Origin: the human T2T-CHM13v2.0 reference genome, Homo sapiens
NCBI RefSeq assembly: GCF_009914755.1
Contig: NC_060926.1
Reading direction: 5' to 3' (one strand)
DNA: 64,000 bases
Part shown: positions 56,865 to 64,000 of the stretch, one piece after another
How positions within the stretch are numbered: position 1 is the first letter of the stretch
Layout of the letters: every line of letters begins with the position of its first letter
Made by a program: the position numbers and the translations under genes
The notes under the pieces: model-generated
What the model was told of the DNA's origin: nothing
Database searches by the model: none
The model's input: the letters and a program-made list of their open reading frames with translations, nothing else

Positions 56865-57250
56865 TTCATTAATTATCTAACACATTTTTATTGAGTGACT
56901 TGTGTATGCTTACTGGTATTCTAAATGCTAAGAATTTAGCAGTGAACTAGACATACAGTCTGTGCCCTCAAGGAGCTTGCATTTTAGTAGGCAGTAAACA
57001 AAGAAATACATAAATGAAAAATGTCAGATATAATGTGTGTTAAAAAGAAAATACAGAAGGTTAAAGGGATAGAGAGAGAGACAGCAATAGGTAATAGACA
57101 ATGTATTCTATGCAGAGATCAGAAAACACCTCTCTAAGAAGATACTTGAACAATGACCTAAATGATGAAGTGATCTAGCACCTACACACACTGGGGCAAG
57201 ATTGATACAGAAAGAGGAGAAAGTAGGTGCAATAGACGTGTAAGGATTCA
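56865..57250 (-). mobile_element. L2 3' fragment
   Basis: cattttta ttgagtgacttgtgtatgc...tgccctcaaggagcttgcattttagt. Confidence 0.65.
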
Positions 57251-57789
57251 TTCATTCATTTAATAATAAACACTCACATAATAATAGATGCTAGATGTTA
57301 CATTTCAAAGAATACAGTATCAGTCCTTGAGAACTTATGTTTTACTGGTCTGATGAGCGCTCTTATGAAGGTCTAATATTAAATATCAACAACTTATTAC
57401 CGGAACTAGAAGGCAGTATGAGTGGAGTTTTGAGCAGCATTTCTTTTTCATTAACGATAACAGGTCTTATGCTCATTAGGGATGGCTAGGTCATTGTCCC
57501 ACTTCTACATTTTTTCTCTGTTCCTTTCTGTTATTTGTCCATATTTATATGAATGTTGCAGAGATCTACACTCTCTGTGTGCTATCTTTTCAGTGTCCAG
57601 TTACTCCATTGCTATGACATTGATGCCCTTTGCCATTCATTTTATTCTTCTATGTCGTATACACTTTGAACCTCATGCAGATTGTGCACTTTCAAGACAC
57701 TCTTTCTTGCGTACTTCCATTTTTCTGAAGAATGTAACTTACTAAGTTGTCTTTTCCTCAATATCATCTGCTTCTTCTTCTCTGATACT

Positions 57790-58487
57790 TTTTTTTTAAC
57801 TGAAATTTTAGAATAGTTTTAAGTGGCCAGAAAAGTTTTGAAGAAAGTATAGAGAGTATAATCAACATCTCACATTAGTATGTTGCAATTGTAACAATAA
57901 ATGATACAATATTTATGCATAATTAACTAAAATTCATGTTCTATTTAGGTTCCCTTAGACTTTACCTAATGTCCCTTTCCTGTTCCATGATTCCACCAAG
58001 TAGCATATCACATTTTATCTAGTTGTTATGTCTCTGTAGGCCCCTCTTGATTGTGACAGTATCTCAAACTTTTCTTGTGCCTGATGACCTTGACAATTTT
58101 TAAAAGTGCCCCCAGGCTGTTTTGGAGAATGGTTCTCAATTTGTGTTTGTCTGATGCTTTTGCCCATGACTAGACTGGGCTTATGGGTCTGGGGAGGAAG
58201 ATCAGAGGTAAAATGTCACTGTCGTTACATCAAGAGTACACACTATCAATATGACTTGCTATTGATGTTAACCTTGATAACCTGGCTGAGGTGGTATTTG
58301 TCAGGTTTCTCCATTGTAAAGTGACTATTCTCTACCCCTTTATATACAATATTGTACTCTTTGTAAGCAAGTTACTATGCACAATCCACACTTAATGAAT
58401 GGGAAGGTACGTTCCACCTACTTAAAGGCAAAACATCTACCAAAATTATTTGGAATTTATCTGCACAGATTTGTGTCTATCTATCTA

Positions 58488-58529
<42 letters not shown>

Positions 58530-58640
58530 CATCTATCTATCTGTCTATCCATCCATCAATCTATTCAGTTGTTCACTTATATCAGTATGAACTAATGGAT
58601 ATTAGTTAATTTTTTCATGAGTTTATTTATTCTTTTACCA
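57790..58640 (-). mobile_element. L1MC/MB 3'UTR fragment containing a (TCTG/TCTA)n microsatellite (about 58475-58562)
   Basis: gatgttaaccttgataacctggctgaggtggtatttgtcaggtttctccattgtaaagt (antisense L1MC motif). Confidence 0.75.
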
Positions 58641-59316
58641 TCTTGTTCCACCTCAAAACATGGAAGACTTCCTGCTTTTTTGCCTATTTTTCTTTTTAAA
58701 ATTTGCCTTTTGTTTGTCATAGAAAGCCGGCATATTCTTTGGGGTGGGAGGTGTGCAGTTACTTTGGTCTTTGGGGCTCTAGCAATATTCTCAAATTATT
58801 TGTTCAGCTTATGAGGGAGAAAAACTCTGCCAGTATTTTCTGTGGGGACCCAGGAGAGGTGAATAGCTGAATTAGGTGTCGCGAGGAAAGTGAACAGCAT
58901 TGAAGTCCCACGCCTGATAATTCCCATGACCCAGCTTCTTGAGGCCAAATTTTCACACCTTCAACTCTTTTTTCCCATTCCTATTATATATTTAGAATGT
59001 ACTCTTTAACACTTTCAAAATGTTTTGTTATCTATTCTCTCTAAATATTTTGAAATCTGGTTTCCACTCTACCATTATACTAGAATGGAACTCTAAATAT
59101 TTAATGTTTCTCAACTGCTGAAGTAGCAAAAATCCAAAATTTTAACAACATACTCTGTACCTAATGATTCAGGTTCTTGATGAGTATTTTTTTTATTGAG
59201 AAGCCACTGTTTTCTTCACCAGAAATACTGATCAGAGATGTATAATGAGGCCCTATGTGCATCTCATGGGTCCACGTATAGTTCTCTTTGCCATCACTGT
59301 GCATTAGTAACAAAGC

Positions 59317-59610
59317 TCTCATGCCTGTAATCCCAGCACTTTGGGAGGCTAAGGTGGGCAGATCACCTGAGGTCAGGAGTTCGAGACCAGCCTGACCAAG
59401 ATGGTGAAACCCTGTCTCTACTAAATACAAAAAATTAGCTAGTTGTGGTGGTGGGTGCTCGTAATCCCAGCTACTTGAGAGGCTGAGGCAGGAGAATCGC
59501 TTGAACCAGGGAGTTGGAGGTTTCAGTGAGCCGAGCTTGTGCCATTTTACTCCAGCCTGGCCAACAGAGTGAGACTCCATCTCAAAAACAAAAACAAAAA
59601 CAAAAAAAAC
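59317..59610 (+). mobile_element. AluS, slightly 5'-truncated
   Basis: Starts at ctcatgcctgtaatcccagc, with an (AAAAAC)n tail. Confidence 0.94.
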
Positions 59611-59881
59611 CCCACCACCACCACCAGCAACAACACCCTCACCTTTTGGTAATAAAGATCAGTACTTGGCCAGGTCAGTGACCCCCTTTCTATGAATTTT
59701 GTTCCAACTGCATAAACATTACAGGTTAGGGTCAATATCAGCTCTAAATTTAATGTAATTTTTCCTTAATAATGTAGCACCAGGCAATGGCTTACAAAAT
59801 TTCATATTTGCCAGGGAAATAAACTTGTTAACTCCCAGAACATTTGATCTGAATCACTTTTATATTATTTAACAAGTCTTA

Positions 59882-60207
59882 ATTTATATTTTATTTTATT
59901 TTATTATTATTTTTTTAGATGAAGTCTTACTCTGTTGCCCAGCCTAGAGTGCAGTGACACAATCTTGGCTCACTGTAACTCAATACAATCTCCGCTTCCT
60001 GAGTTCAAGTGATTCTCCTGCCACAGCCTCCTGAGTAGCTGGGTTTACAGGCACACACAAGCACTCCCAGATAATTTTTGTATTTTTAGTAGAGGTGGCA
60101 TTTCACCATGTTGGCCAGGCTGGTCTCGAACTCCTGACCTCAGGTGATATGCCCACCTTGGCCTCCCAAAGTGCTGGGATTACAGGCGTGAGCTGCCGCG
60201 CCCGGCC
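59882..60207 (-). mobile_element. AluS
   Basis: Alu consensus on the minus strand with a (TTTTA)n tail. Confidence 0.94.
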
Positions 60208-60479
60208 CATACCTTATATTTTAGACATCTGCGTATGTACCTTGTTTCCTTTAGTAGTTGAGAAATTATTTAAAGCACATTTCATATGTTAATTAGCATG
60301 ATTTTCACTATATAGGGATCCCTATATAGCATTTTAATAGACTGAATGAAGTTGTTTCTGGGTCGCACGTTTGTTATGCTGTTAATAGTTGAAGAAAAGT
60401 TTTCCTTCCTTATTTCTTTGTTCCTTCTTTCCTTTTCAGTCAAAAAGCCATTAGGAAATTTAGGTAAATATTCCACCTG

Positions 60480-61150
60480 CAAGGAGATGTATCATAACCC
60501 CTACTGTTTAAGTGTAGAATGCACATAATAAATTATTGCCAAAAAGTATAATATAGATAGGGGAAAGAAAGTTAATTTACAGTGGAGCAACCTGGAAAGC
60601 TCTATTACTGCTGGGTGATCAAAGTTCACATCAACAGTGATAAGTCAGGTTGAGTGTGTACCCTTTGATATGATATGATGATAATGGCACTTTGTTTCTC
60701 TGGTCTTCCCTCTCAAAAGCTGTAACTCCTGTATACTCAGGAGAAATAAATCAGATATATCCCATTTGAGGAACATTCAACCCAATCTCTGATCAGATCA
60801 GTATTCCTTAAAACTGTGCATTACATTATAAAGAAGAGACATCTGGGAAACTGTCATAACCAAGAGGAACCTATGAAGACATGATCGATGACTAAATATA
60901 AGATGGTGTCCAAGGTAGGGTTCTAGAACAAAAACAACAAGAAAGGACATTAACTGAAGACTATGGGAATCTAAATAATGTCTGGACTTTAGATAATGAT
61001 AGTGTATCCGTACTGGTTCATTAATTATTATAATTATTCTATACTAATGCACGGTAATACTAATAGAGGAAACTTGGTATGGGTTGTATGAAGACTGTGT
61101 GTACTGTATGCAAAATTTGTTGTAAATTTCAACCTATTTTAAATAAAAAA
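60480..61150 (+). mobile_element. L1MC 3'UTR fragment
   Basis: tttacagtggagcaacctgg...catcaacagtgataagtca...aataaaaaa end. Confidence 0.75.
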
Positions 61151-61735
61151 GAATGTTTATTACAAAAGGTTTCAAAAAGACATTAGGTAGCTCAAATAGG
61201 GCACCTGATGGTGGCCAAAGGCCAAACAAGGAGAATGTCAGAACAAGGTAGCCGTGGCCTCTGGAACCCACCCAAGGCGGACTTCAAAGCAGAGCAAGAA
61301 TATATTCCAAAGACTGACTGCAGTGAAGGAGATCGAGCCGATAATTAAACATATCTGGTTAACAATGGATAATGAAGCAAGATTTCTCATTTATTGGAGA
61401 AGTGAGGTGCAAATATGGAAAGGAGAAAAGATAGAATGAAGCCTATGGTATTGGACAAATTCACGTTAAAGAACATTCTAGAAAATTATTGGTCTATAAT
61501 TTTTGAAAGTGTGAGAAATTATTTCCTGGAAATCAAGAAAAGGAGAAAGACTGAAAAAAGATTCCAGATTTAAAAAGACTAGAGAAATAGGAAATCTAGG
61601 TGCAGCATAACATCTTTTTGCTCTAAAAGACATATAACAATAGGCAGCTCTTTGTTTTAGCCCTGTTATCTTCAAAAGAAAAAAGAAAAAATAGAAATTA
61701 AACAAGGCAAAGTCCCATTTTTCTAATATTACACT

Positions 61736-61759
61736 ACACACACACACACACACACACAC
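61736..61759. repeat. (CA)n microsatellite
   Basis: Directly visible. Confidence 0.95.
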
Positions 61760-62194
61760 CGTTCCTAAAAGATTATCGAGACATTTCAGTTCAAACTACA
61801 TAAGAAATATTTAAACATTCAAGTAAAAAGGTTTGATACCTCGGGACAACTGGCTTTCTTTCCCCAACCATTCTGATTAATTACATATTTTTTTCTAATA
61901 ATTCTTTACTTATTCTTCCTACTGTTTTTGCCTTAGTAAAATTTTTCTTCTTTTTTTTTTTTTGGTTTGTTTTGTTTTTTTCTGGACACCTAAATAAATT
62001 GTTTACTTAAACTCTAATCAGCTTTAAACTGAACAAAGCCACTTCCACGTCAACAGAAATATATTTTGGCCTATACTCAGGTTCCACACTGGATTCTATC
62101 CTTACAAAAAATTTGTCATTTTTTAAATATGAACCATACTAATAAAAATAGGAGACAACCCTATGTCAAAAGAGAGTTAAAAATTATTTCTACT

Positions 62195-62460
62195 TTTCTT
62201 TCTTCCTTCCTTCTTTTTTTGCCCTCCTTCCTTCCCTTCCTCCCTCCTGATCCATCCTTCCTTCCTTCCTTTTTTCCTTCCTTCCTTCCATCCATCCTTC
62301 CTTCCTTCTGTTTTTCTTCTTTCCCTCCCTTCTTCCCTCCCTCCCTCCTTCACTCCCTTCTTCCTTCCATCCTTCCTTCCTTCCCTCTTTCCCTCCTTTC
62401 TTCCCTCCCTCCATCTCTCCCTCCCTTGCTTCTTTCCTTTCTTCCCTTCCTCCCTCTCTC
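62195..62460. repeat. (TTCC/CTCC)n polypyrimidine tract
   Basis: Directly visible, about 265 bp almost purely C/T. Confidence 0.95.
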
Positions 62461-63659
62461 ACTTACTGGCTTTGTTTTAGAAGATCAGATACCTCTAATT
62501 TCTTAACTTCTTTAAAGTGAAGGTAGTGACATTTACAATAATAATATAAAATTAATTAAGTGAGGAAGCTCAAATTATTTTTAATGGCTTTAATTACAAG
62601 GTTAAATGCCATGCTCATGAAACTCTCTAAGGAAAGACTCTATCCAAGATCATCTGGGATAGAGAAGGCAGAAATGACTCAGGTTACTCGTCAAGGAAGA
62701 GTGGCATTCTTTGAATGTTTGGCAATACATTTTATAATAAGCCAATCATCCAGAAGGAAAGAAACAACCAAATAATAATTTATTTATAATTAATTTCTAA
62801 TTGCAGCGTAGTGTAGAATATTTATCTTTTAACGAGAGTGGTTTTATGATGTCTTTTAAGCAGCACACTTGAGAGATTTAATCCCAACTAACTTAGCTAC
62901 TTTCTGAATAGTTCAGTGTACCTAAAATTCTGGAGACTCAGATTTATTCTATTTCTACATTCTGGTGGAAGTGGCCTGGAACTGGATAACAGAACTGGCC
63001 TTACCACCTTCACTTTATACATCAATGAATTAAGTTGAATTGTTTTGTTTCCAAAGCTACTAACCTCCAGCTCTTATAATGTACTGAACTAGAGTTTATC
63101 TTTGCCTTCTCCTTTCCTCTCACCCTGCTAGGGCTCAGTCCGTAAGACTTATTTTTCCTTGCTTGGAAATAAATTCTCAATATTTTTTTCTTAATATTTT
63201 TCATTAACTCTGCCATAAGATATCAAAAATACCACAATTATGTTGGAGTGAAATACTCTTATTTCAGGAATATTGCAATAGCCTTTACTTTTGTATTTGC
63301 CTTCATGTAAAATTTATTGAAAATTACTGTTTAGAGTAATTTTCTTAAAATACTGCTTCTGCTACTGTGCACAATTCAGTACTGAGTGCAGAAAATTATC
63401 TAAATTTCTATATGGCAATTCCAGCCAATTCTCAAACTGCTTTACCCTTCCTTTACAGGTATGTTTTCTCTTGCTCACCTATTTGTTGTCTCAATTTCTA
63501 GTCAAAGCAGTTTATTTATGTCCCATTATCTATCTTCCTATTTCTTGTATCCACATCTTTGTTCATATTCTCTCTCCTATTTATTCTATAGGCAACAAAA
63601 ACTCCTTTCCCACCTCACTTTCCCTCCTTATCAAAATTGTATCAAATGTTAATCTTCAA

Positions 63660-63795
63660 CTTAAAATCTTTTCCAACAGCAGAATATGCACTCTTCTCAA
63701 GTGCATATGAACACTCTTCATTACAGATTATATCTTAGACCACAAAACAATTCTGAATACATTTAAAAATATTAAAGTCATACAAAGTATCTTTT
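63660..63795 (+). mobile_element. L1M ORF2 endonuclease-region fragment
   Basis: aacagcagaatatgcactcttctcaagtgcatatgaacact...ttagaccacaaaacaa. Confidence 0.7.
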
Positions 63796-63799
63796 TTTC

Positions 63800-64000
63800 T
63801 TTCTTCTTTTTTAAATTTTTTAAATTGTATTTTAAGTTCTGAGATACATGTGTACAACGTGCAGGTTTGTTACATACTTATACACGTGCCATGGTGGTTG
63901 GCTGCACCCATCAACCCGTTATCTACATTAGTTATTTCTCCTAATGCTATCCCTCCCCTAGTCCCCCACCCCCTGACAAGCCTGGTGTGTCAGGTTGCCT
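63800..64000 (-). mobile_element. L1PA 3' end (may run off the window)
   Basis: tttaagttctgagatacatgtgtacaacgtgcaggtttgttacata...cctaatgctatccctccc. Confidence 0.88.

Noticed and set aside
62066-62506. 146-aa Pro/Ser/Phe/Leu-rich ORF and the antisense Glu/Gly/Arg/Lys-rich ORF
   Set aside because: A stop-free by-product of the (TTCC)n tract.

Overview
AT-rich primate (almost certainly human) genomic DNA. It carries the last five coding exons and long 3'UTR of DPP10 on the + strand (exons 10927-11026, 11277-11335, 11444-11516, 15520-15593, 16981-17115; 3'UTR to about 20550). DPP10 is the catalytically dead DPP4-family Kv4 channel accessory subunit. The spliced exons translate in frame to GYGGYIASMILKSDEKLFKCGSVVAPITDLKLYASAFSERYLGMPSKEESTYQAASVLHNVHGLKEENILIIHGTADTKVHFQHSAELIKHLIKAGVNYTMQVYPDEGHNVSEKSKYHLYSTILKFFSDCLKEEISVLPQEPEEDE*. 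Upstream (1-10926) is a large intron. Downstream (about 20.6-64 kb) is intergenic DNA packed with Alu, L1, L2, MIR, ERV1/MaLR LTRs, DNA-transposon fossils and microsatellites. Apart from one partial overlap with a DPP10 exon, the supplied ORFs are repeat-derived or chance ORFs. I see no evidence of a new multi-gene system. The most interesting signals are regulatory or structural: a (TG)n(TA)n microsatellite inside the 3' splice site of the pseudo-active-site exon, inverted AluY copies bracketing a three-exon cluster, an Alu-internal 25-bp triplication, template-switch-like micro-hairpins, tandem poly(A) signals and a CpG-retaining MER50 solo LTR. Repeat subfamily names come from recognition of consensus motifs, not from RepeatMasker, and boundaries of older repeats are approximate.
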